Shown here piece after piece: positions 8,943-17,755 of a stretch of 37,318 bases of DNA. A program made the position numbers and the translations under genes. Below the pieces are notes generated by a model. That model was not told the origin of the DNA. It did not search any database and saw only the letters and a program-made list of their open reading frames with translations. Source of the DNA: a virus (lineage: Duplodnaviria; Caudoviricetes); the IMG/VR virus record IMGVR_UViG_3300025502_000065, positions 1 through 37,318 of that record; one strand, 5' to 3'. Positions within the stretch are counted from its first letter, which is position 1. Each line of letters begins with the position of its first letter.

Positions 8943-9325
8943 GATAAATAATCTAGCAGGGTTTTCTTGGCCTCGTCGCGACCGTAGCAGACGACGGCGC
9001 GGTATCCGTGAAACTTTAGCGTCATCAGCCAGCGCATTTGCAGCTCAGACACGCCGCCCATTCCTTTTGGTGTTTTTGGTTTATTGCCAACGGTTTTCAT
9101 CTCGATAAAGAGTCCGTGAAAGCCCTGCCTCGCGACCGGCAAGAACAAATCAGGGACGCCCGGCTTGACGCCCTCGGCCTTCATTTTTTTCGCGACCAGC
9201 ATGTTTCGATGGCCCCCGTTCGGGATGGCAAAGAGCAGATCAAGCTCAGGGATTTCCCGCGCGATAACTGCCGCCCATGTCATGAGTGACCTCTGTTCGT
9301 CGTGCTCTAGTGGGTAGGCTCTCAT
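8939..9325 (-). CDS. VRR-NUC domain nuclease
   Basis: EHDEQ, AIPNGG, GVPDL, FIEMK, Q..W. Confidence 0.92.
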   Translation of the reverse strand: MRAYPLEHDEQRSLMTWAAVIAREIPELDLLFAIPNGGHRNMLVAKKMKAEGVKPGVPDLFLPVARQGFHGLFIEMKTVGNKPKTPKGMGGVSELQMRWLMTLKFHGYRAVVCYGRDEAKKTLLDYLS

Positions 9326-10146
9326 GCCGAACCTCCGAATCCATCCTGCCCAGCAGCCCCTCGCTTAGCCCAATACGGAAGCCCGATGATCTTTACCTCG
9401 TCATCCCACGGTGAAGGGTAGTGGCCCGTCTCGATCGAATGACGCCATTGTTCCAGTGCCGTGAGATACCACGCCCGCCCGATGGCAATGTCCGCACGAT
9501 CAAGCTCTACGACCGCGATTTCATAAGGTGCGGAAGACTCCTGAAAAATCAACTTCCATCGATCTCGTTTCTCGCTGGTGCATAGGTTGTAAAGATCGAG
9601 ATACCACGCAGCTTGGACGTGATAGCCAAAATCAGCGATGGTTGATGGCATCTTGTCGAGTGAGTTGGTTGTTTTTAAATCGACCAGAGTGTCGGCAAAC
9701 TCGCCCTGAGGAACAAGGTCGAGCCTGCACTTTCCAACTCCGATGGACTTGAGCGGACCAACGCATGAAACCTGCGTGTCAGCGCCGTCAAGAAGCGCCC
9801 CAGCAAAGTGATGACCCTTGACTAGTTCTGCAGCCTTCGACGCCTCGTTTAGAGTCTCGCTGGTAATCACGGGATTCAACTGAGACTTTCGCCACGTCTG
9901 AGCGTCCTTCGTGCGGAAGTCAGAAAATGGCGATACTGAGAAGCATTTCGCCAGTTCATGCGGTTGCAGAATTAGGCAATCGACGAGACTCCCCCATATC
10001 ATGGCGTCAGTCTGAACGAATGGAATCTCGCGTGTCTTGTGCCACTTCGCCGGGTTCTTCGCGAACTTCCAGAGCGTTGATTTCGAGATCGCGGGAAAGG
10101 CGTGATATTCCAGTTCCGAAATGTTGCGGTTGATCCCGATGTTCAT
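9322..10146 (-). CDS. RecE/exonuclease VIII-like PD-(D/E)XK nuclease
   Basis: YHA..AISKS, KCRLD, DLKTT, YHVQAAWY. Confidence 0.9.
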   Translation of the reverse strand: MNIGINRNISELEYHAFPAISKSTLWKFAKNPAKWHKTREIPFVQTDAMIWGSLVDCLILQPHELAKCFSVSPFSDFRTKDAQTWRKSQLNPVITSETLNEASKAAELVKGHHFAGALLDGADTQVSCVGPLKSIGVGKCRLDLVPQGEFADTLVDLKTTNSLDKMPSTIADFGYHVQAAWYLDLYNLCTSEKRDRWKLIFQESSAPYEIAVVELDRADIAIGRAWYLTALEQWRHSIETGHYPSPWDDEVKIIGLPYWAKRGAAGQDGFGGSA

Positions 10147-10424
10147 GAGTGGCCCTCCGCCTCGATCATTTTAACGCAACGGATGCGGCCTTGCATTGCG
10201 ATCGCATCAGCCTCCTCCCGTGTAGGATGGAATATGGGATCGCCCGTGGAGTAAAAATTAGCCCAGCAGACAAAGGGCGCAGGCTTAACGCGGTAGTCGC
10301 AGACGCCAAATTCCCACAACGGTGATCCTGTAAAGCGCCACTGACCACCGTGCGCTTGATGTTCCACGTCGGCCCCGTCACGGTGCGCGGTCACTACGGC
10401 AATGATTTCGTCGTGTGTCATCAT
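10143..10424 (-). CDS. Hypothetical phage protein
   Basis: PLWEF...DYRVKP motif; overlapping stop/start. Confidence 0.75.
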   Translation of the reverse strand: MMTHDEIIAVVTAHRDGADVEHQAHGGQWRFTGSPLWEFGVCDYRVKPAPFVCWANFYSTGDPIFHPTREEADAIAMQGRIRCVKMIEAEGHS

Positions 10425-11287
10425 GCCGCACCTCCCGCCTGGCGAATGTCAAACACGGCATTCTCGATGACTTCCCAATCGCTCACGATCATCGCGTGAA
10501 TCTCGGGAGCCAGCTTGGAAACCGGCGTCTTGCCGTCGCCAAGCCCCATGGATTCGAGCGCCTTGACGATCTCGGTCGGAGTAATGGCATCGTCCGGAGT
10601 AGCGCCTGCCGTTTCCATAAGCTCCTTGATCGTGTCGATATCGGATTGCACGAGTTTCATGATGCGCTCGACCGGCGTATCGACCTCGGGCGTTGTCTCG
10701 ATGGACTTCCACGGGTTGCCCTGTGGCGTCACATTACGCTCTGGCTCGGAGTCCTCAAGTTCATCCCGAGTATAGATCCCGAGAAGCACGTCAGGGAAGT
10801 GGCGCCGACAAAGCGACCGGCTCGAAAAGTAGAACAACTGCTGGTCAGGGTCGGCCTTCCAGAGCGGAGAGTTTTTCGTGGTGATCGAACTAATTTCAGG
10901 CGACTCATACACGACCTCTCCGCCGTCGCTCAGTGTTGCGGAAACTTTGCATTTCCGGGTTGATCCAGATCCCGAGTAAGCGACGGCAAAGCGACCATGG
11001 ATAGGAGCACGCCGCAGGATGACGGCATTGATGAGTTGAGCCTCATACCCGAGTCGGTCATTTACCGAATAGGATTTATTGGCGACGGCAAACGGTGACA
11101 TTTGCCATTCGCTCGCCTGAATCGCGATAGCCATGCAAGCGCCGGGTTGGTCGCGCAGGTGTTTCGGAATCGCAATCGCCGACTTCGACATGAGGATTGC
11201 GAATGATTCGATTTCCGTCATTGAGCGGAAGGCAAAGCCTCCGATGACTGGAAGATGATTTGATGTAGTGGTAGTGATTTCGTTCAT
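10421..11287 (-). CDS. recT: RecT-family single-strand annealing recombinase
   Basis: IPKHLR.QPGACMAI, W.MSPFAVANK, NSPLWK.DP.QQL, PDVLLGIYT.DEL. Confidence 0.88.
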   Translation of the reverse strand: MNEITTTTSNHLPVIGGFAFRSMTEIESFAILMSKSAIAIPKHLRDQPGACMAIAIQASEWQMSPFAVANKSYSVNDRLGYEAQLINAVILRRAPIHGRFAVAYSGSGSTRKCKVSATLSDGGEVVYESPEISSITTKNSPLWKADPDQQLFYFSSRSLCRRHFPDVLLGIYTRDELEDSEPERNVTPQGNPWKSIETTPEVDTPVERIMKLVQSDIDTIKELMETAGATPDDAITPTEIVKALESMGLGDGKTPVSKLAPEIHAMIVSDWEVIENAVFDIRQAGGAA

Positions 11288-11295
11288 GATATTTT

Positions 11296-11331
11296 CCGCG
11301 TGTAGGATGCGCGGCCCCCGTTGCGGAACGG
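11296..11331 (-). promoter_or_regulatory. Twin stem-loops in recT leader
   Basis: Minus strand CCGTT-ccgc-AACGG ggg CCGCG-catcctaca-CGCGG, 8 nt before the ATG. Confidence 0.45.
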
Positions 11332-12396
11332 TTAAAAATTGATTGTGATGCCGGATACTTTGCCCGCTTCGATAATGCTTACGATTGAAATAGCGATCGG
11401 ACCGGAGAATCCCCCGGCCACCAGGTCAGATACTGCCGCCTCACGAATGGCTGTCCGGTGATTTTTGTTCGCCGCGAGTTTTGCGGCAGCTACTTTATCG
11501 GCCTCAATGCCAGCCAGCCGGGCAGATTCTTTCTCTTGCGCCTCGATCCGCGTAGCTTCCGCAAAATCAGCGAGTTGTTTTTTGTGCTTCTCCTCGGCTT
11601 GGATTTTAGACCGCTCAAGCGCCGCAATCCGGTCAGCTTCAGCCTTCCGCTCGGCATCCCGCGCCGCTTGAGCTTTGCGGCCTTCCTCCGCAATCCGGTC
11701 AGCCTCAGCCTTAGCAGCCCTTTCCGCCTCGATGCGGGCATTGTCAGCGGCATCCCGCGCAATCTGCGACTCACGGTCAGCCTGAGCCTTCGCGGCACTG
11801 TCAGCGGCCTCTTGCGCGATGCGGTCAGCTTCGACTTGCGCCTCGTGAAGCTCGTCACTGAGAGCATTCAGTCGGTGGAGTCCCGCAGCCCGTTCAGTTT
11901 CAGCGCTGGCTGTAAACTCCTCGAATCCCGAAAGATTCATGCCCTGGAGTGAGAAAAGCGCCTCATCAATTTGAAGCATGTCCCGCGATGCGATGGCGGA
12001 ATCCGCGATCCCGCGAATCCATGTGACGTTCTCGCGGTGCTTTGCGACCCGCGCTTTCTCGCGATCCTCGTAATCCGTCAGCGGCTTCCGCACCTCATCC
12101 TTGAGGGCGTCGAGTTCCGCGACGATCACGCGACGCTCTGAGTTAATGATGTCGATTGTGGCGCGAGCCTCCTCCCCGAGCTTTTTCCCCATGGCGTAGA
12201 GTGTCGTTTTGGACCGCGCCACCTTGTAGGCGAGACTCGCGATTTCTTTCCGTCCCGCGTCAGTGGTGGCGTCAATCACTACGGACCGCGCCTCCGACTT
12301 AATGTCGTCGAGGATGCCGCGCACGGCTCCCCCGGTGTAGACTTGGATCGGGGTCAGCCCCTCGATGGATTCAATGGTGTATAATTCGTTCTTCAT
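11332..12396 (-). CDS. Phage coiled-coil protein
   Basis: GRKEIASLAYKVARSKT N-domain plus a long Ala/Glu/Arg-rich coiled coil. Confidence 0.85.
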   Translation of the reverse strand: MKNELYTIESIEGLTPIQVYTGGAVRGILDDIKSEARSVVIDATTDAGRKEIASLAYKVARSKTTLYAMGKKLGEEARATIDIINSERRVIVAELDALKDEVRKPLTDYEDREKARVAKHRENVTWIRGIADSAIASRDMLQIDEALFSLQGMNLSGFEEFTASAETERAAGLHRLNALSDELHEAQVEADRIAQEAADSAAKAQADRESQIARDAADNARIEAERAAKAEADRIAEEGRKAQAARDAERKAEADRIAALERSKIQAEEKHKKQLADFAEATRIEAQEKESARLAGIEADKVAAAKLAANKNHRTAIREAAVSDLVAGGFSGPIAISIVSIIEAGKVSGITINF

Positions 12397-12416
12397 TTTC
12401 GTTCAGTTTTCTGGTT
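12384..12416. repeat. 33-bp direct repeat, copy A
   Basis: attcgttcttcattttcgttcagttttctggtt, identical to 13209-13241. Confidence 0.9.
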
Positions 12417-12417
12417 T

Positions 12418-13221
12418 TTAAAATGATGCAAGCGGTTCTCCTGGGAGCCATTTCAATACCTTGAGCTGTCGCCCTTCGGAGTGAGCTTTCATAGCCTTGA
12501 GTCCCAGCGCAATAATCTCATCTTGAGGAATCTTCCCTCTGTTTTTGTTCGACTCCCGCACGAGGACTTTACGAAACGCGATAGCCGATTGCGATCCCAC
12601 CGAAGTTTCTAGCGCGTTGAAAAATGAAGTTGTAAGCTCCTGCCCCATCCGCTCGTATCCGTATGAGCCCAGGAACACACGACGAGTCTGAGAGATTATC
12701 CCCTCAATCGAAGCCCATCGAAAGAAGGCCCACGCGATTGACTCTTCATGCTCGCGGTATGATTCGAGAAGCTCCTTTTTAGACGAGCGATAATTGCGGG
12801 GCGATCCTCCCGCGCCGTAGGTTTTCCAGGCATTGCAAGCACTTGACGCGCCCGCGTAGTTAGGAATCCCTGCGTGTTTGAACGCATCTGAATATGTGCG
12901 GGAAATGCCGGAATCAATATCGGAGTAAGACTCCGCCGTCAACCCTTTGACTACGATCACCGAGGGGAACTCGTCAGCCTCAATGAATGCAAGGAGTCGG
13001 TGTTGCCCGTCGATAAGCGCTCCGGTGACATCAAAACAGATTGTCGCTCCGTTAAATGTCCACCGATTAGCCTTCAAGTCTCTCGCGAGAGCTTTGACGG
13101 AACCGGGTTTAACGCTCCGTTGATGTTCAGGGAGTGACTCTAGCCACTGCTTGCATGTTGTGGCTGATGTATTCTCGACGCTAATTTCAGCGCCTTCGTG
13201 TTGCAGGTATTCGTTCTTCAT
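12418..13221 (-). CDS. ParB/Srx-like DGQHR-domain protein
   Basis: QRSV, W.FNGATI.FD..G.LIDGQHRL.A, DSG..R. Confidence 0.85.
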   Translation of the reverse strand: MKNEYLQHEGAEISVENTSATTCKQWLESLPEHQRSVKPGSVKALARDLKANRWTFNGATICFDVTGALIDGQHRLLAFIEADEFPSVIVVKGLTAESYSDIDSGISRTYSDAFKHAGIPNYAGASSACNAWKTYGAGGSPRNYRSSKKELLESYREHEESIAWAFFRWASIEGIISQTRRVFLGSYGYERMGQELTTSFFNALETSVGSQSAIAFRKVLVRESNKNRGKIPQDEIIALGLKAMKAHSEGRQLKVLKWLPGEPLASF

Positions 13222-13241
13222 TTTCGTTCAGTTTTCTGGTT
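13209..13241. repeat. 33-bp direct repeat, copy B
   Basis: Identical to 12384-12416. Confidence 0.9.
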
Positions 13242-13461
13242 GATGGAGGATTAGGTCTCCTTCAAAGTCTAGGGTAAAGAAGGTTTCCGCGTCGTCTTTG
13301 TCGGGATCGGATTGGAGTAGTTTGAGAATCCTTCTCTCGGAAGCTTCGGACAGCCGAAGCATTGGCCAATTACCGCCGGGGAATATGTTCACCTCGGCGT
13401 AAATGTGAGCGCCGCGCTCGATCTCTTCCGCCGCCTTTTGTGCTGTGAGGTATTGTCTCAT
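13228..13461 (-). CDS. Hypothetical protein
   Basis: ATGA overlap with the methyltransferase stop. Confidence 0.7.
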   Translation of the reverse strand: MRQYLTAQKAAEEIERGAHIYAEVNIFPGGNWPMLRLSEASERRILKLLQSDPDKDDAETFFTLDFEGDLILHQPEN

Positions 13462-14051
13462 GATTGCCCCCACTGTTGCGCCATTGCGTCGGCGATCCCT
13501 TGGTATGTCGTGGATCTCAGCTTCCAGCGGTCATCGCTGGGCGCGAGTTTGTTCTGTCCGCCGTCCGTCTGGTTTGCCCATCGGGGCTTTCCATTGACCA
13601 TTCGAGGCGGGACGTTTTCCGTTGGCTGGAGCTTCGGGAGGTTTTTCAGCCACAGACACGTTCGCTTGCTCGCGTCGTGCCCGAACTGGTGAGGATGTAT
13701 GATTTGATCGGGCTTGCGGATCTTGCTGGAGATGATCGACACAGGGTTTTCCAGCGCGATGCGCGGGATGTTTGCCCCCAACAGCAGCCGCACGAAGTCC
13801 AGGGCTTTCTCTGTCTCTTCCCATCCGCGCCCGCGATTGTTCCAGTGGATTCCCGACACGCTCAGGTAGGTGCATGGAGGATGCGCTATCATCAGATCCC
13901 AGCCGTTGCCAAGCACGTCCCGCACGTCTCCAATGTAATGCGGGCCAGGAACGTCAGTGGGCAGCAGATCGCACGACATGGCATCGTGACCAAGTGCAGC
14001 GAAGGCGTCCCGGACGGTGCCGGAATATTCGCATGCAACGAGAACTTTCAT
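13458..14051 (-). CDS. Short C5-cytosine DNA methyltransferase-like protein
   Basis: VLVACEYSG (motif I variant), HPPC (IV), ENP (VI), RS.TY.GIA.AMA.QW. Confidence 0.88.
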   Translation of the reverse strand: MKVLVACEYSGTVRDAFAALGHDAMSCDLLPTDVPGPHYIGDVRDVLGNGWDLMIAHPPCTYLSVSGIHWNNRGRGWEETEKALDFVRLLLGANIPRIALENPVSIISSKIRKPDQIIHPHQFGHDASKRTCLWLKNLPKLQPTENVPPRMVNGKPRWANQTDGGQNKLAPSDDRWKLRSTTYQGIADAMAQQWGQS

Positions 14052-14344
14052 ACTCCCGCCTCCCCTTGCGCGGCCTTTACGGTCTCTCGGATGCCGTCAA
14101 TTATCGCTCCGGTTTCAGGCCATGGGAGGATTGGGGACGGATTCTGCCGAAGCCGTTCCGCATCCATGGCGATCTGGCGCTCGATGATCGCGTCGTCTTG
14201 CGCGGCGTTTACTCCGGCGGTGAAAGCTCCTGAAACTAACTCTGCGAGATCCCCGTATGTTTCAAGACGAATTGAGCCGACTATGAATCCGTGCAGCCTA
14301 TTTGCGGTATGCTTATGCTTAATCGCGTCGATTCGGTCGTTCAT
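14048..14344 (-). CDS. Hypothetical protein
   Basis: ATGA-coupled ORF. Confidence 0.7.
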   Translation of the reverse strand: MNDRIDAIKHKHTANRLHGFIVGSIRLETYGDLAELVSGAFTAGVNAAQDDAIIERQIAMDAERLRQNPSPILPWPETGAIIDGIRETVKAAQGEAGV

Positions 14345-14580
14345 ACTTCCCCCTTTACGATTTCAAGGATTGCGCCCCATGGGACAAACTCGGACGCAAA
14401 TCGCTGCGACGAGTTAATCACTCTCAATCCCGACGAGTTAATCACTCTCAATCCGGTGCCGGAGATGTTGAGAATGGTTCCTGTGCGGACCTGGTTCGTG
14501 TGGCTCGATCGGTATTTCATCCGCGACCCTAGCGCCCGGTGGACGGTCATCGCGAGGATTTGTTGAGCGGGAGGATTCAT
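14341..14580 (-). CDS. Hypothetical protein with internal 8-aa duplication
   Basis: ATGA-coupled; GLRVINSS x2. Confidence 0.7.
   Translation of the reverse strand: MNPPAQQILAMTVHRALGSRMKYRSSHTNQVRTGTILNISGTGLRVINSSGLRVINSSQRFASEFVPWGAILEIVKGEV
14407..14454. repeat. Perfect 24-bp tandem duplication
   Basis: cgacgagttaatcactctcaatcc x2. Confidence 0.95.
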
Positions 14581-14792
14581 GATCCGACCTCCTTGCGACC
14601 ATGGCCGCAGGCGTGAGCCGCGAGGCCAGTCGGGTCGGCTTCCATTTCGTCAAGCGCTCGCCTGATTCGCCGCAAATCAATGCCCTCTCGGACGAGCATT
14701 CGAGCCAGTCCGGTAACGCTCCGATCCTCGTGTTTCGCAAGAGCGACCAGTGCGGTCTCCTCTTGCCCTTTAATTTCGATCAGAATTTTCAT
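14577..14792 (-). CDS. Ribbon-helix-helix (CopG/Arc-like) regulator, first gene of early operon
   Basis: KILIEI strand + LVALAKHEDRSVTGLARMLVREGI. Confidence 0.78.
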   Translation of the reverse strand: MKILIEIKGQEETALVALAKHEDRSVTGLARMLVREGIDLRRIRRALDEMEADPTGLAAHACGHGRKEVGS

Positions 14793-14826
14793 CCCCGCAT
14801 TCTAGAGCGGGAATTTAAGGCGTCAA
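14793..14826 (-). promoter_or_regulatory. Sigma70-type early promoter, leaderless
   Basis: TTGACG-16 nt-TAGAAT-6 nt-ATG; AT-rich tract upstream. Confidence 0.75.
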
Positions 14827-14860
14827 CAGGAAACTTTAGAAAATGTAATATTTCCTTAAA

Positions 14861-14983
14861 TCACCGAAACCCGCCCGGCCAATCGGTGAAGTCGTCGTCG
14901 CCGCCATCACGCGGGAGCAGCCTCGCCACCGCGACAACTGCCGCAATGACGAACAAAGCTCCAAAGATGGTCGTTGCGATCAT
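14861..14983 (-). CDS. 40-aa single-TM peptide in lysis cassette, not in ORF track
   Basis: MIATTIFGALFVIAAVVAVARLLPRDGGDDDFTDWPGGFR; ATGA overlap with the endolysin stop. Confidence 0.6.
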   Translation of the reverse strand: MIATTIFGALFVIAAVVAVARLLPRDGGDDDFTDWPGGFR

Positions 14984-15669
14984 GCCTCGTTGATTGATAC
15001 GCGCCCGTCACTGGCGACAGTTTCGAGGCTCCCCGTAGGATCAAAGCCCGCAGGCCATCGGTAGGAAGTCACGCGGGACGTGTCGAACGGCTTGATGTTA
15101 ACCGCGTCCCCTTGGTTGCCGCCAAGGACCATCACGTTTCCGTATTGGTCTTTGCCGGTGACAAATCCGACATGGCCTGAGCCGGAGCTTTTTGACCCGC
15201 GCCAGAAAGTGACGACCGCGCCCGGTATCTGTTGGCAGGGTTGCCCCCACTTTTCGTAACTCCGAGCCATGCCTGAGCGCGTCGATTTAATCCCGCAATC
15301 CTCAAGCATTGCTCCGACGAATCCCGCGCACCATGGCGTTTCATCATCCCGGAAAGGGAGTTTCGCAAGCTCCCACCATGAGAGGATTCTCAAATTGTGC
15401 CTCGATCCCGAAATCTCGCGTTGCCCGATCTCAAGCCGCGCACGACGCAACCAGACGGGATCGCCCGAGACTTTCGCCGGGACGATGACGCCCGGTGCGG
15501 CACGTAGCGCGGCCTCGGTGATTGGCCCGACGTAGGCGCGAGAGGCCAGCCCTTTTGAGACTTTGAACAAAATGATTGCCGCCCGAGTCTTCGGCCCGAT
15601 AGCGCCGTCGATGGGTCCGGGACTGAATCCGTGCGCGGCCAGCCGAGTTTGGATCTCGCGGGTTGTCAT
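14980..15669 (-). CDS. Endolysin: peptidoglycan-binding domain + TIGR02594-type (CHAP/NlpC-like) domain
   Basis: IQ.RL...G...GPIDG..GPKTRAAI; DETPWCA; GHVGFV; LGGNQ. Confidence 0.92.
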   Translation of the reverse strand: MTTREIQTRLAAHGFSPGPIDGAIGPKTRAAIILFKVSKGLASRAYVGPITEAALRAAPGVIVPAKVSGDPVWLRRARLEIGQREISGSRHNLRILSWWELAKLPFRDDETPWCAGFVGAMLEDCGIKSTRSGMARSYEKWGQPCQQIPGAVVTFWRGSKSSGSGHVGFVTGKDQYGNVMVLGGNQGDAVNIKPFDTSRVTSYRWPAGFDPTGSLETVASDGRVSINEA

Positions 15670-15875
15670 GCCTGAGCGGATGCTAGTTTTTTAGCCGCCA
15701 TGCGCTTTTGCAGCCACGACATGCCGAGGCCGATCAGGATGAGGACAGCGCCGGAGATCGTCTCCGTTTGCGCCCCGTCGAGGGTTCCCGATGCGACGAG
15801 ACCGCCGCCGATTGCCTGGACTGCCGCGCGGACGATGAGCCCGGTGAGAGTTGTGAGTGAAACTTTATTCTGCAT
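15666..15875 (-). CDS. Putative holin (2 TM)
   Basis: 69 aa, two hydrophobic segments, basic C-terminus, coupled to the endolysin. Confidence 0.8.
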   Translation of the reverse strand: MQNKVSLTTLTGLIVRAAVQAIGGGLVASGTLDGAQTETISGAVLILIGLGMSWLQKRMAAKKLASAQA

Positions 15876-15910
15876 CGCCTAACGTATTCCCAAAAGCTCC
15901 TAATTTGCAA
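15876..15910 (-). promoter_or_regulatory. Lysis operon promoter, leaderless, two TTAGG boxes
   Basis: TTGCAA aTTAGGagcttttgggaatacgTTAGGcg ATG. Confidence 0.55.
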
Positions 15911-15911
15911 G

Positions 15912-15945
15912 TTGAATCTGCGATATATTAGGGGCTTGTTAGGGC
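15912..15945 (+). promoter_or_regulatory. Conserved late promoter motif (tape-measure operon)
   Basis: TTGAAT ctgcgatatattagggg CTTGTT agggc ATG. Confidence 0.75.
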
Positions 15946-17754
15946 ATGGCTTCAAACCGCGCCAATCTCCAAACGATCATTTCAGCGGACGCGTCGCGAT
16001 TTTCTGCGACAATGCGTAAGGCGGGCGGGACTGCTGCCGCTACGGGAAAGCGTATTGCTAAGGGGATTGCCGTAGGCGGTGCCGCTCTTGCCGCCATAGG
16101 AGTAGCCGCCGCCGCTTTTGTTGGCGTAATGTCAGGGCGCAAAATGGCAGGGGGCATCAAAAACGCTCTAGATCTAGGCGGCGCGCTGTCGGACGTGGCC
16201 GCGCAAACGGGATTGAGCGCAGGGCAGGTCGCTGTGCTTCAGCGAGCCTTTACCGATAATGGCATTTCGGGGGATAAGCTCGGCGGTGTCATCAACAAGA
16301 TGCAAAAAGCAATTATCGACATGGGCGACGGACTCAAAGCGCCGACTGATGCCTTTGCCGAGCTTGGCATTTCGATTGAGGACATTAAAGACCTTTCGCC
16401 GTCCGATCAGTTTGCCCTGATTGCAAAAAGGATCTCCGCCATCAGCGACCCTGCCATGAGAGCCGCTGCTTCCATGAGGATTTTTGGAAAGTCGGGTGGC
16501 GAACTCAACGTGCTCTTTGCTGATGGAGGCGCAATCGACAAGGCCGGTAAGTCACTCGGGAGGCAAGCGGAAATCCTTGATCGTCGCGCCGGTGACTTTG
16601 ATCGCGCTGCCGACCTTCTCGCAGGCGCGGGAGTAAAGGTCCAAGGCTTCTTTGTCGGCATGGCCGACAAGGTTGTCGATCCACTTCTTAAAATTCTAAA
16701 CCGTTTTGACAAAATTGACTTCGCTTCGCTGGGTCAGCAGGTCGGTCAGTCTCTCGCGCCGCTTTTTGAAAAAGTAGCAGCGAACATTGATGGGATTGTT
16801 TTAGGCATGACGACCGCGCTTGAATACGCGGGGCGGTTCATTTCGACGCTTGCGTCGTCAGAAATCTCGGAGTCTTACTCTAAGTTTGTCCCAATATATT
16901 TCGAGTCGCTTAAATTGGGCGGAAGATTACTCGCCGAATATCTCATTAAAGGATTTGCCGCCGCGCTTGCATTTTTTAAAGATACTTTTTCAAAGGTGAC
17001 CGTGCTGGACATGGGCAAGGCCCTATTTCGAACATTTGCAAGAATCTTGTTTGAAGTCGGCGATGCCATTGACCTCCTCCTAAAGGGAACGTTCACAAAG
17101 TCGATAGAAGGCGCGGGATCCACCCTTGAGGATTCGATTAACGCTGCCTTTGGCGGGATTGACTGGGGACTTAGCGAGGAAAGCGAGAATGCCGCGAAGG
17201 AATGGAAGCAGCTATTCAAGGATCTTTTCCCCGAGGTGAATCCGTCCGCTCCGAGCGGATCAACATCCGAGTCCGATTTATACGATCAGGAATCCGAGGA
17301 TCAGAAAAGGCGAGTGATGGCAGACGAAGCGGCAGCAGCCGCCGCGAAATCGGGAGCATTCCCGGCATTCGGCACTGACTACGGACCGCGTGACCCATTT
17401 GAGCAAGCAGGGCCTTCAAAATCATTGATCAATAAGGATGTTGCTGCATCCGCCGCAAAATCAACGGAACTGGCAAGGTCTGGTTTTTCCGGTCTGTCGG
17501 AACTGGCGAGAATGCAAGCCGATAAGGCGGGAGGTTTTGCAGTAGGTAGCGGGTCTTCCCTTTCTCTAGCAAATCAAAAGAATCCGGGCGGAGCTTTTGG
17601 CAGGTCGTCGGGACTCCAAACCGGATCCCTAGGAGCTAAACGCAAAGTCGGCGGTGACAAGGAAAGCAAGAAAGCGGAGACGCTGCAAGAAAAGCAAGTA
17701 AGCTCACTCGAAAGCATCGACGGGAAACTAACTCAAGCTCTAACAGTAGGATAA
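15946..17754 (+). CDS. Tail tape measure protein
   Basis: 602 aa, Ala/Gly-rich helical; ISADASRF start; LSDVAAQTG; IFGKSGGEL. Confidence 0.92.
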   Translation: MASNRANLQTIISADASRFSATMRKAGGTAAATGKRIAKGIAVGGAALAAIGVAAAAFVGVMSGRKMAGGIKNALDLGGALSDVAAQTGLSAGQVAVLQRAFTDNGISGDKLGGVINKMQKAIIDMGDGLKAPTDAFAELGISIEDIKDLSPSDQFALIAKRISAISDPAMRAAASMRIFGKSGGELNVLFADGGAIDKAGKSLGRQAEILDRRAGDFDRAADLLAGAGVKVQGFFVGMADKVVDPLLKILNRFDKIDFASLGQQVGQSLAPLFEKVAANIDGIVLGMTTALEYAGRFISTLASSEISESYSKFVPIYFESLKLGGRLLAEYLIKGFAAALAFFKDTFSKVTVLDMGKALFRTFARILFEVGDAIDLLLKGTFTKSIEGAGSTLEDSINAAFGGIDWGLSEESENAAKEWKQLFKDLFPEVNPSAPSGSTSESDLYDQESEDQKRRVMADEAAAAAAKSGAFPAFGTDYGPRDPFEQAGPSKSLINKDVAASAAKSTELARSGFSGLSELARMQADKAGGFAVGSGSSLSLANQKNPGGAFGRSSGLQTGSLGAKRKVGGDKESKKAETLQEKQVSSLESIDGKLTQALTVG

Positions 17755-17755
17755 T

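Noticed and set aside
13464-14417. 317-aa plus-strand ORF
   Set aside because: Antisense to the methyltransferase and coupled early genes; no motif; typical GC-rich shadow ORF
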